Positions 1 through 7,687 of a DNA stretch of 32,000 nt are shown in pieces. This stretch comes from Candidatus Paracaedimonas acanthamoebae (GTDB taxonomy: Bacteria > Pseudomonadota > Alphaproteobacteria > Caedimonadales > Caedimonadaceae), in NCBI GenBank assembly GCA_000743035.1, contig CP008936.1, positions 930,001-962,000 on the forward strand, written 5' to 3'. The position numbers and the translations under genes were made by a program. Positions within the stretch are counted from its first letter, which is position 1. Each line of letters opens with the position of its first letter. The notes beneath the pieces were generated by a model that searched no databases, was not told the origin of the DNA, and saw only the letters and a list, made by a program, of their open reading frames with translations.

Positions 1-1094
1 ATGTGATGCCTCCACTACTTTTGAATCATGATTTTAAGCTAGTGTGGGAGCAAGATATTGGTCAAGGTTCTTCCTCTGAACATCGATTATTAAATGGCCC
101 AATTGCCGTAGGAGATCATGCATATACGATTGATTCCATGGGTTTGGTGAGTGCTATTAATCTCAAAAACGGAAAGAAAGAATGGGAAACATATTGTATT
201 CCGACTGATAGTTCAGCTCAACCTTTTGGTGGTGGATTAGCTTATGATCAAGGAAAAATTTATGCAGCAACAGCTCATGCTGAAATTCTTTCAATGGATG
301 CAGAAACAGGAAAAATTTTATGGCGTTTTCCAACCTCAGCTCCTGTAAGAGCTGCACCAACAGTCTTTGAGGGAAAAATTTTTGTCATAACCATTAATAA
401 CCAGCTTGAAGTATTCAATGCAAAAGATGGTCAACTCCTTTGGACGCATACAGGTATAGTTGAATCAGCCGGTCTTTTAGGAGGAGCAAGTCCTGCAGCC
501 CATACGGGAGTTATTGTAGCCCCTTACTCTTCTGGCGAAGTATTTGCTCTTCGAATAGAAAATGGATATCCTTTGTGGTCTGAAACATTACAAGCGAACA
601 AACAACTTGACTCAGTGTCCGCGCTTTCTCATATTAAAGCGCGTCCCATAATTGATAAAAATCTTGTTTTCTTAGTAAGCCACAGTGGCCGTATTAGCGC
701 CTTAGATATGCGTAGCGGTCAATCTGTTTGGAGCCGCGACATAGGAGGAATTAGGACACCTGCAATCTCTGGCAGATACTTATTCATGCTTACAAATGAT
801 AATCATTTAGTTTGCTTAATGAAAGACACAGGGCAAATTATATGGTCTCAACAGCTTGAATATTTTATGAACCAAGAAAAACAACAAGGAAAAGTCTTAT
901 GGGCTGGACCAATTATTATTAATGATACTTTATTGGTAATTGGTTCAAATAAACAAGGATTATTGCTTGCAAGCCAAAATGGTAAAGAGATTAAAAAGTT
1001 TAAACTTCCTAATAAAGCAACCCTATCTCCTATTGTGATTAATAAAACTTTACTAGTTCTTCTCGATAATGGAACTTTAGTTGCCTATCAATAG
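1..1094 (+). CDS. bamB: Outer membrane protein assembly factor BamB (PQQ-like beta-propeller), 5' truncated by the window edge
   Basis: The ORF is open to the window edge in phase with nt 3, and no signal peptide or lipobox is visible. It has repeated propeller-blade signatures ending in Trp (NLKNGKKEW, DAETGKILW, NAKDGQLLW, DMRSGQSVW, MKDTGQIIW). It lies directly upstream of der, the usual proteobacterial arrangement. Confidence 0.8.
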   Translation, partial: VMPPLLLNHDFKLVWEQDIGQGSSSEHRLLNGPIAVGDHAYTIDSMGLVSAINLKNGKKEWETYCIPTDSSAQPFGGGLAYDQGKIYAATAHAEILSMDAETGKILWRFPTSAPVRAAPTVFEGKIFVITINNQLEVFNAKDGQLLWTHTGIVESAGLLGGASPAAHTGVIVAPYSSGEVFALRIENGYPLWSETLQANKQLDSVSALSHIKARPIIDKNLVFLVSHSGRISALDMRSGQSVWSRDIGGIRTPAISGRYLFMLTNDNHLVCLMKDTGQIIWSQQLEYFMNQEKQQGKVLWAGPIIINDTLLVIGSNKQGLLLASQNGKEIKKFKLPNKATLSPIVINKTLLVLLDNGTLVAYQ

Positions 1095-1102
1095 TATGAA
1101 GC

Positions 1103-2446
1103 ATGAGTAAGCACCTTAAAATCGCGATTGTTGGAAGACCTAACGTTGGAAAATCAACACTTTATAATCGCCTTGCTGGGCGTAAGCTGGCAATTGTTGA
1201 AGATACTCCAGGAGTGACGCGTGACTGGCAAAAGACGCAAGGACACCTTTGGGACCTAAGTCTTGAAATTTATGACACTGCAGGTCTTGAAGGCTTTGAA
1301 TCAACACTCATTAAAGATCAGATAATTACACAGATGTTAAATGTTTTAACTGATGTGGATGTTATATTAATGATTATTGATAGTCGGGAACCTATCTTGG
1401 CGTCTGATCGTAAACTAGCTGAGATGTTAAGACGGTTAAAAAAGCCCGTAATATTGATAGCAAATAAATGTGAAGGCCGCCAAAGACAAGAAGGTTATTT
1501 AGAATCATTTACTTTAGGTTTTGGAGATCCTATCCCCTTTTCTGCCGCCCATGGTGAAGGACTTGATGAGCTTTATCCAGCTTTGTTACCTCACGCAAAA
1601 AATTTTGAAATTTTAGAAACTAAAAACACTTCAAATGAACAATTAAAGCTTGCAATCGTTGGTAGACCTAATGTTGGAAAGTCAACTCTAATGAATGCAT
1701 TGTTAGATGAAGAACGTTTATTGACAGGAAATCAACCAGGAATCACTCGAGATGCTATAGCCATTGATTGGTCCTATAAAGGTCATCCTATTCAACTTAT
1801 TGACACTGCAGGAATGAGACGAAAAGCACGAATTGATGATCGACTCGAGCGTCTTTCAGTTCAGGATAGTCTAGAAACTATACGGTATGCACAAGTTGTT
1901 ATCATCGTCATGGATGCTAATGATCCCTTAAATAAACAAGATCTTACAATTGCCTCTCATGTTTTAGAAGAAGGGCGCGCGCTTATTATTGCATTGAATA
2001 AGTGGGATGAAGCCGACCCACAAAAATTACCTGAGATCAGGCGTTCTTTAAGTTCATTACTCTCTCAAGCAAAAGGGCTTCGCTTACAGCCTATTTCTGC
2101 TCTAAAGAAGAAAAATCTAGATGAACTTATGACTCATGTCTTAGAAGTATATCAATTGTGGAATACTCGCATCTCTACATCACAATTGAACCGATGGCTA
2201 GAAGAAGCCTTAACACGTCATGCTCCACCGTTGTCTGGGCAAACACCTATTCGCATAAAATATGCTACACAAATTAAAACTCGCCCTCCAACCTTTGTTT
2301 TATTTGCCAGTAAACCTGTAGATCTGCCTGCTTCTTATATGCGTTATTTAGAAACATCTTTGCGCGATTGCTTTAATTTACCTGGGGTCCCTCTTAGATT
2401 ATTCCTAAGAAAAGGAAAAAATCCTTATGAATCAAAAGGAAAATAA
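1103..2446 (+). CDS. der: Ribosome-associated GTPase Der (EngA)
   Basis: Two tandem GTPase domains each carry GRPNVGKST, DTAG and NKxD (NKCE, NKWD). A C-terminal KH-like tail is present. The start is an ATG 8 nt after the bamB stop. Confidence 0.95.
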   Translation: MSKHLKIAIVGRPNVGKSTLYNRLAGRKLAIVEDTPGVTRDWQKTQGHLWDLSLEIYDTAGLEGFESTLIKDQIITQMLNVLTDVDVILMIIDSREPILASDRKLAEMLRRLKKPVILIANKCEGRQRQEGYLESFTLGFGDPIPFSAAHGEGLDELYPALLPHAKNFEILETKNTSNEQLKLAIVGRPNVGKSTLMNALLDEERLLTGNQPGITRDAIAIDWSYKGHPIQLIDTAGMRRKARIDDRLERLSVQDSLETIRYAQVVIIVMDANDPLNKQDLTIASHVLEEGRALIIALNKWDEADPQKLPEIRRSLSSLLSQAKGLRLQPISALKKKNLDELMTHVLEVYQLWNTRISTSQLNRWLEEALTRHAPPLSGQTPIRIKYATQIKTRPPTFVLFASKPVDLPASYMRYLETSLRDCFNLPGVPLRLFLRKGKNPYESKGK

Positions 2447-2490
2447 TCACCAGAATATGATATCTAGTTCCATTAACACCTATTTCTGTA

Positions 2491-3201
2491 TTAAAATTCT
2501 TGAGCTTTAAAGATTTTTCCTGTCGTTTTACATTTTTTGCTGCCCAAGTAGACAAAAACATCTGTAAAATCTTCAGGACTCGGAATGGATAATGGATTTA
2601 TTCCTGGGCAAGCTTCAGCGTGCATAGAGGTACGAATACTTCCAGGATCAACCAAGTTCACTTTCAGTGATGAGTTTAAGTTTTCATGTGCATAAAGCAT
2701 TACCATATTTTCAAGAGCTGCTTTACTAACTGAATAGGCAGACCAGTAAGGTAAGATATTATGCGCAACTTCCGAAGTTATAAAAATCGCTCGCCCTGCA
2801 GAAGACTTGCGCAAGAGTGGATCAAAGAATTTGAGTAAATGCCAATTTGCTGTCAGATTAATATCCATGACATCTTGCCATGCAGAAGATTGAAGTTGTT
2901 GAATAGGCCCAAGCCTCCCCAATATAGCTGCATTACCAACTAAAATATCAAGGCGCCCATAACGATCTCCAATTGCACGAGCTAAATCCTCAAGCCTTGC
3001 GTAATCTTTAAGATCATACGGCACAAGTGTGACATTTATATCGTAAGATGCCAAACTATCATCTAAAACTTCAAGCTCAGCCATGTCACGAGCTAACACA
3101 ACAAGATTTGCTCCTTCTTGCGCATAGCGCTTTGCAATTGCTGCCCCTAGCCCTCTCGTTGCACCTGTGATAAGAACGACTTTTCCTTTTAATTCTGCCA
3201 A
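2491..3201 (-). CDS. Short-chain dehydrogenase/reductase, YciK-like
   Basis: It has the Rossmann motif TGATRGLG and the catalytic YSVSK (YxxxK). The WQDVMDINL...FITS block resembles E. coli YciK as I remember it. The start codon at 3201 is TTG. Confidence 0.8.
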   Translation of the reverse strand: MAELKGKVVLITGATRGLGAAIAKRYAQEGANLVVLARDMAELEVLDDSLASYDINVTLVPYDLKDYARLEDLARAIGDRYGRLDILVGNAAILGRLGPIQQLQSSAWQDVMDINLTANWHLLKFFDPLLRKSSAGRAIFITSEVAHNILPYWSAYSVSKAALENMVMLYAHENLNSSLKVNLVDPGSIRTSMHAEACPGINPLSIPSPEDFTDVFVYLGSKKCKTTGKIFKAQEF

Positions 3202-3362
3202 TTAAAAGCCTCTTTTTTGGTTTTCTTATGAACTACCATAAATGAATCTATGTCTAACTTAAAAGCTTAATATTTTCTTTATTAAAAGGTTTTTAAATGC
3301 TAATAAGCTTTAATTATTATCCTGAGTGAAGTTTTTAGTTAATAGCATCGAGATACAAACTT

Positions 3363-3917
3363 ATGCGTATAATCGCTGGTTCATACAAAGGCTATACCCT
3401 TAAAGTTCCCAATTCTTTGAAAACGCGTCCTACCTCTGACCGTGCAAGAGAAACTATTTTTAATATTTTAAATAATTATGTAGACGAGTATTCTGAGCTA
3501 GATGTTTTAGACATTTTTGCAGGCTCTGGAGCTTTAGGATTAGAAGCTTTATCTCGTGGAGCATCAACCGCAACTTTTATTGAAATTGAGCGTGAAGCTG
3601 TTAACAAGATTTATGAAAATATTAACCATCTCAAGGTAGATGATTTTTGTAAGATTTTACGGCTTGATAGCAGACGTCTCCCTACCGCTTACAAAAAATT
3701 TAATCTCATATTTATGGATGCTCCTTATAATAAGGGACTCACAGAGAAAGCCTTAAAAGAAATTTTTGAAAAAGGATGGATCGCACCAAATGCTTTAATT
3801 GTTATCGAAACATCTGATAATGAAAATTTTTCCCTTCCCCCCTATCTCACTCTCCTCAATGAGCGTCGCATCGGACTCGCAAAGGTTTTCCTGTCAAAGC
3901 TCTTGTCTTTGCAATAA
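3363..3917 (+). CDS. rsmD: 16S rRNA (guanine966-N2)-methyltransferase RsmD
   Basis: The N-terminus reads MRIIAGSYKG..L.VP....RPTSDRARETIFN. The SAM-binding loop DIFAGSGALGLEALSRG and the catalytic MDAPY (DPPY-type) tetrad are present. Confidence 0.9.
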   Translation: MRIIAGSYKGYTLKVPNSLKTRPTSDRARETIFNILNNYVDEYSELDVLDIFAGSGALGLEALSRGASTATFIEIEREAVNKIYENINHLKVDDFCKILRLDSRRLPTAYKKFNLIFMDAPYNKGLTEKALKEIFEKGWIAPNALIVIETSDNENFSLPPYLTLLNERRIGLAKVFLSKLLSLQ

Positions 3918-4005
3918 ATGCACATCTTATTTGCCTAAAAAGCATTTTTAATCTTCATATTTCAACGTATTTTTTCTAAAGAAGAATATTTATAGGAGTA
4001 ATACG

Positions 4006-4752
4006 ATGAAAGTAGCTTTTATTTACTTACCAGTAGCAGCTTTATTATATAATAGTTTCGCCCTTTGTAGTGATATTGATTTTAATGAAGAGGATGAGGC
4101 CTTCAAATTGGCAATACTATTTCTCAAGAAGAAAGTGATCGTCAGTTTGCAATCAGCTTATCTTCTCAAATAAAGGCAAATGATGATGTGCCTAAGATGT
4201 CAGAAAACCAACAAATAAAGAAAACTCCACAACTTTCTCTTGGCTTTATACAACCTTTGCCTACAGAAGGGATGAAAGAAAATATCTTACTAGAAGAATA
4301 CTATTTTGGAAATAATATAGAACTTGAAACTACAAGAAAACCTAATGATCAGAAAAAAGTGATCTTAGAAATTGAGCAAGAAGTTAAAGACAGTGATATA
4401 TTTATCTTAATAAAATATTTCAAAATTTAGATAAAAAATATAGTCGCAAATTAAAAGGGCTTGAAAGTTCATATTTTTTTAGCGATGTATTGTTACACCA
4501 TTTAAGTAGTTTGTTTGTTTATAATGAAAGTGAAGATGTTATGGCAGAAAAAGCTGGCATGCCAGTTCAAGCGCTTAACAATCTTAAACAACGCACATAT
4601 AAACGATTAGTGGACATAAAAAAACATCCAAAGAACAAGGTATTTTAGAACCTAAAAACCAAAAAGCGGAAATGATAAAAAAATTCATAGATGCAACAAG
4701 ATGCACTGATTTATTTGCCGAAAAAGTTTATAAAGAATTTATTCTTGAATAA
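4006..4752 (+). pseudogene. Decayed gene for a secreted protein of about 248 aa, split into four reading-frame segments; N-terminal signal peptide followed by UIM-like motifs
   Basis: A strong SD (AGGAG 3994-3998) precedes the ATG at 4006. Segment 1 (4006-4173, frame 1) reads MKVAFIYLPVAALLYNSFALC..NEEDEAFKLA. Segment 2 (frame 0, open 4098-4430, includes tracked ORF 4188-4430) reads ..TISQEESDRQFAISLSSQ... Segment 3 (frame 2, open 4397-4648) follows. Segment 4 (frame 1, about 4624-4752) follows. The 3/4 junction lies in an A7 run at 4618-4624. The open segments overlap end to end, as expected for one gene broken by indels. Confidence 0.5.
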
Positions 4753-4859
4753 AAATAAAAAAGATAAAAAATAATAATCTTTTTCAATCATAATTTTTTT
4801 GTACATTTTTTGTAAGAACTCTTGCATCAGTGTTAAGAAAACGTTACGTTGTGGCGTGG

Positions 4860-4945
4860 GCCCGCTTGGTGGAATGGTAGACACAGCAGACTTAAAATCT
4901 GCCGCCTAACAAGGCATGCCAGTTCGAGTCTGGCAGCGGGCACCA
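4860..4945 (+). tRNA. tRNA-Leu (anticodon UAA), type II with long variable arm, CCA encoded
   Basis: I folded the cloverleaf by hand. The acceptor is GCCCGCT/AGCGGGC, the anticodon stem is GCAGA/TCTGC with loop CTTAAAA (UAA at 4893-4895), the variable arm is GCC..GGC, the T arm is GCCAG-TTCGAGT-CTGGC, and the 3' end is discriminator A plus CCA. Confidence 0.93.
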
Positions 4946-5101
4946 CCTTAAACCCCCAGGTTTTAAAAATTCTTGACTGTCTCTTTTGCTAATCAAAGAA
5001 AATTTACTCATGTGATGCTCCTATCACTCCCCAAATACAGCAGTTGAAATCAGCAGGAAGAATGATAAATTCGTAAATGAGGATAATTTAAAGAGTTCAT
5101 C

Positions 5102-6628
5102 ATGATTTTTAAGAAATATCATCTTCACCAGTACTTTACAGCGTTTCTATCTCTTGTAAATCTTCTTTATTTTACCACTATACCTCTTTATGCAAGTCAT
5201 AGTAGTCTCTTTGATGAACAGACACCTAAAAAAATAAAAGCTATTGCCCATTATCATAATAAAAAGCTAGACCGAAGCAAGAAAATCGATACTTCAACTT
5301 GGGGACGGCCATCACATATTACTATGCTCGGCACTCTAATGTTGCTGGCAGCTCATTTCCAACCTGTTGGAATCGTCCAAAACTCTATTTCTCTTCCGTC
5401 AACAATGATTCCAAATCATACACTAGAAACTTCAAATAATGATTTTAGAGCCCACAATGGAACAGTTGTATCTCTTGATTGCGAGGCTGGAGCACGAGTT
5501 CTCGGAAATAAGCAAGCACTCTCCTTTACCCCGCTTGAGCGATATTGTTCACACTCAGGCTATTTTGTGCAGAATAATAGAAAGGTCACAACAGTAAAAG
5601 AAGTTAAAAGAAAGCGTCAGGAGGATTTTGAGCAATTCGGTATCAGCCTTGTTATGGAAGGTAAGCTTTCAACTGAAGCAAGCCGGGACGAACTTAACCA
5701 ACTCTATCAAGAGCGTCTACCTGCTTTTGCTGGTGCATATACTTTTAATGGAAGCCCTATTGAATCCCCTTATTACAAGATGATTGATCAAACACACTAT
5801 GAGAACACCCTCATTTGGGCGGAAAAAATAATGCTAGCGCGGAAAAAGCCTTTTCATCATTTAAAAACAGACGAAATGATAAATTTCTTGGTAGAGATAA
5901 ATTATCGTTTGCGGGGAGAGGAGAAAGCTCCCTCATCTTCATTTAGAGATGGCCCTACCGTTATCTGGAATGATGCAATAGGTGTTCCCAACTTTAATGA
6001 CCCTAGAAGTATGCGTAATTTTTTAAAAAATTCACCAGTAGATTTTGAACTTTATAATAATCTTTGCACACTTCTTGAAAAACAACGAGGGCAAGAGGCT
6101 TTGTCATCTATAGATGAATGGAATCTTTTTATGATCAAAAGTATTTTTAGAGCTAAAGACAGCCCTTATCTTTCTTTTGTGAGCCAATACTATGATTTTA
6201 ATGACCTTAAACCTCAAGAGATTAAGACAAAACTGAGAGACGCTATGAATTTTTATAAAGACAGTTTCTCTAAAGATCCTATTAGAGCAAGTGCCATCCT
6301 TCATTTACACCTTATACAAATTCATCCTTTCGTAGATGCAAATGGTAGAGGAGCACGCATCCTTATGAATATTGGCCTTAAAGCTGCAGGTTATCCTGCA
6401 ATTATAATTTATGACAGGGATGAGTATGTGCAGATTATTCGGCACGCTCTCAAGCAAAAAAATCCTAAATTTTTTGTGGATTATGTTAACGCACAAATCT
6501 GCAAACAAGTTAGAGTTTATAATAATCCAGACTTTAAAGAAGGCCAAGTTTTAGAAGAAATTGCTGTTAAGTGCATGAAAGATTGTTCTCAAAAATTCTT
6601 TGAAACTAGCCACAAATTTGTCTTGTAA
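5102..6628 (+). CDS. Fic (Fido) domain protein with N-terminal signal peptide; candidate secreted effector
   Basis: The Fic active-site motif HPFVDANGRGAR lies at aa 408-419 (nt 6323-6358). The N-terminus MIFKKYHLHQYFTAFLSLVNLLYFTTIPLYA looks like a signal peptide, and a second hydrophobic stretch sits at aa 73-90. I recognise no family in the roughly 400 aa upstream of the motif. Confidence 0.85.
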   Translation: MIFKKYHLHQYFTAFLSLVNLLYFTTIPLYASHSSLFDEQTPKKIKAIAHYHNKKLDRSKKIDTSTWGRPSHITMLGTLMLLAAHFQPVGIVQNSISLPSTMIPNHTLETSNNDFRAHNGTVVSLDCEAGARVLGNKQALSFTPLERYCSHSGYFVQNNRKVTTVKEVKRKRQEDFEQFGISLVMEGKLSTEASRDELNQLYQERLPAFAGAYTFNGSPIESPYYKMIDQTHYENTLIWAEKIMLARKKPFHHLKTDEMINFLVEINYRLRGEEKAPSSSFRDGPTVIWNDAIGVPNFNDPRSMRNFLKNSPVDFELYNNLCTLLEKQRGQEALSSIDEWNLFMIKSIFRAKDSPYLSFVSQYYDFNDLKPQEIKTKLRDAMNFYKDSFSKDPIRASAILHLHLIQIHPFVDANGRGARILMNIGLKAAGYPAIIIYDRDEYVQIIRHALKQKNPKFFVDYVNAQICKQVRVYNNPDFKEGQVLEEIAVKCMKDCSQKFFETSHKFVL

Positions 6629-6686
6629 GCCTTTTAAAAATATCATGAAAGAAGAAAATATGGAAAAAATTATGTAAAATCATAAT

Positions 6687-7676
6687 TTATCTACCAATAT
6701 CATAATGGTCTATTTCCGAGAGCATTTTGATATAACTCTCTTTTGTGTATGTTTTCCCCTTCTCCATTTTATCAACGCTCCAAGCAAAGTCTCTCATAGC
6801 TATTCCAGGATTGTAAAGCCCTTTAAGCCAAGATTTGTTGCCTATATTTTCAATGATAATAGAATCTGGATTTATTTTTATGGCTTCAAGAATTTGCTGA
6901 ATTGATAACACATTCCCTTCTTTGCTACGCACAATCACACCATAATCAGGATCAATCATTCCATAGCTATTCTGCTTTGGTAGAAATACATGCATGATCC
7001 TATGGCTTCCTTTATTCTTAAAAAATATATAAACTTTTTGAGTTTTATACTCCAATCTTTCCAGAACAAATCTTAAAAACTCCACGACATGAAAACAATA
7101 AAGCTTGAGTGGCTGATCAGTTGTAAAAAGCTTTTTTAGGAGGCCTCCTGGTGCAAGAGTTTTAATATGAGGAAAAGGTTGTATCGCCTGTGCATTAGCC
7201 ATGCTATGCACACAATTTTTTGCAACAAAGCTGGCAACTGATAAGATCTGGCTATCTTTTGATTGGGTTGGATCTAAAAGTAAAATCTTGAAAGGTCCCA
7301 ATGAAGTATGAAGATAATATTCACCAAATGAAGAGAAATATATTTTCTGATTATCGCATTTTATTGCCGTAATATCAGTCCCCTTGTAATCACCAGGGGT
7401 AGCAAAAGTGCCAAAAATATTTTTTTCTATATTATCGTTAGGATAAATAAGCTTCAAATGAGGTACCAAATTTTCCCAGCTAACTATTTTGTTTGTAAAT
7501 ATAAAAAATGGTTCATTAGGAATAATCTCAAGCTTATTTTGCCTTTCACTTATAAGTTTTATTATTTCATTTGATTTGCGTTGATAACGAAATACCTGAC
7601 AGGTAGAAAATACTAATGCTATCAGAAGTACTCCTATTATCCCCACAAATATCCAGAGATTGGGATTTTTTTTCAT
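6687..7676 (-). CDS. Membrane-anchored hypothetical protein, possible transglutaminase-like (papain-fold) cysteine peptidase
   Basis: The ATG at 7676 has AAGG 9 nt upstream; an alternative GTG at 7691 overlaps the tgt stop as GTGA. A single N-terminal TM helix reads LWIFVGIIGVLLIALVF. A Cys-His-Asp pattern is spaced as in the transglutaminase core: LYCFHVVEFLRFVLERL (C199), IMHVFLP (H234), YGMIDPDYG (D247), numbered from the GTG. Confidence 0.7.
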   Translation of the reverse strand: MKKNPNLWIFVGIIGVLLIALVFSTCQVFRYQRKSNEIIKLISERQNKLEIIPNEPFFIFTNKIVSWENLVPHLKLIYPNDNIEKNIFGTFATPGDYKGTDITAIKCDNQKIYFSSFGEYYLHTSLGPFKILLLDPTQSKDSQILSVASFVAKNCVHSMANAQAIQPFPHIKTLAPGGLLKKLFTTDQPLKLYCFHVVEFLRFVLERLEYKTQKVYIFFKNKGSHRIMHVFLPKQNSYGMIDPDYGVIVRSKEGNVLSIQQILEAIKINPDSIIIENIGNKSWLKGLYNPGIAMRDFAWSVDKMEKGKTYTKESYIKMLSEIDHYDIGR

Positions 7677-7687
7677 TTTCTTTACCT

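Noticed and set aside
163-360. This and about 30 similar 60-140 aa tracked ORFs lie antisense to, or out of frame within, confidently identified genes. Examples: 6104-6304, 6305-6547, 6705-6905, 7837-8040, 8803-8994, 9759-10010, 10761-11027, 11256-11489, 12703-12891, 14452-14697, 15737-15985, 19740-19982, 19947-20141, 20855-21043, 21388-21570, 22495-22725, 22523-22900, 23013-23246, 26531-26776, 26976-27275, 27242-27448, 27640-27846, 27710-27895, 28362-28601, 28411-28611, 28684-28872, 30026-30442, 30213-30491, 30864-31169, 30932-31156, 31023-31223.
   Set aside because: Each is fully overlapped by a gene with strong family motifs. The translations are low-complexity or hydrophobic with no recognisable motifs, as expected for shadow ORFs.
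5645-5662. SLVMEG within the Fic protein matches the (S/T)xxxE(G/N) inhibitory-helix motif of auto-inhibited Fic proteins.
   Set aside because: It is a 6-residue pattern about 220 aa upstream of the active site in a region of unknown fold. A chance match is likely and cannot be verified without a structure model, so I did not use it for classification.
5102-6628. Reading the Fic gene as a toxin-antitoxin or phage-defence toxin.
   Set aside because: There is no adjacent small antitoxin ORF on either side. The protein is large and has an export signal, so an effector-type reading fits better.
4946-6700. Direct repeat of the tRNA-Leu 3' end (att-like) marking an island boundary.
   Set aside because: Scanning by eye found no copy of a 12-nt or longer stretch of the tRNA 3' half downstream. 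A degenerate repeat cannot be excluded without alignment software.
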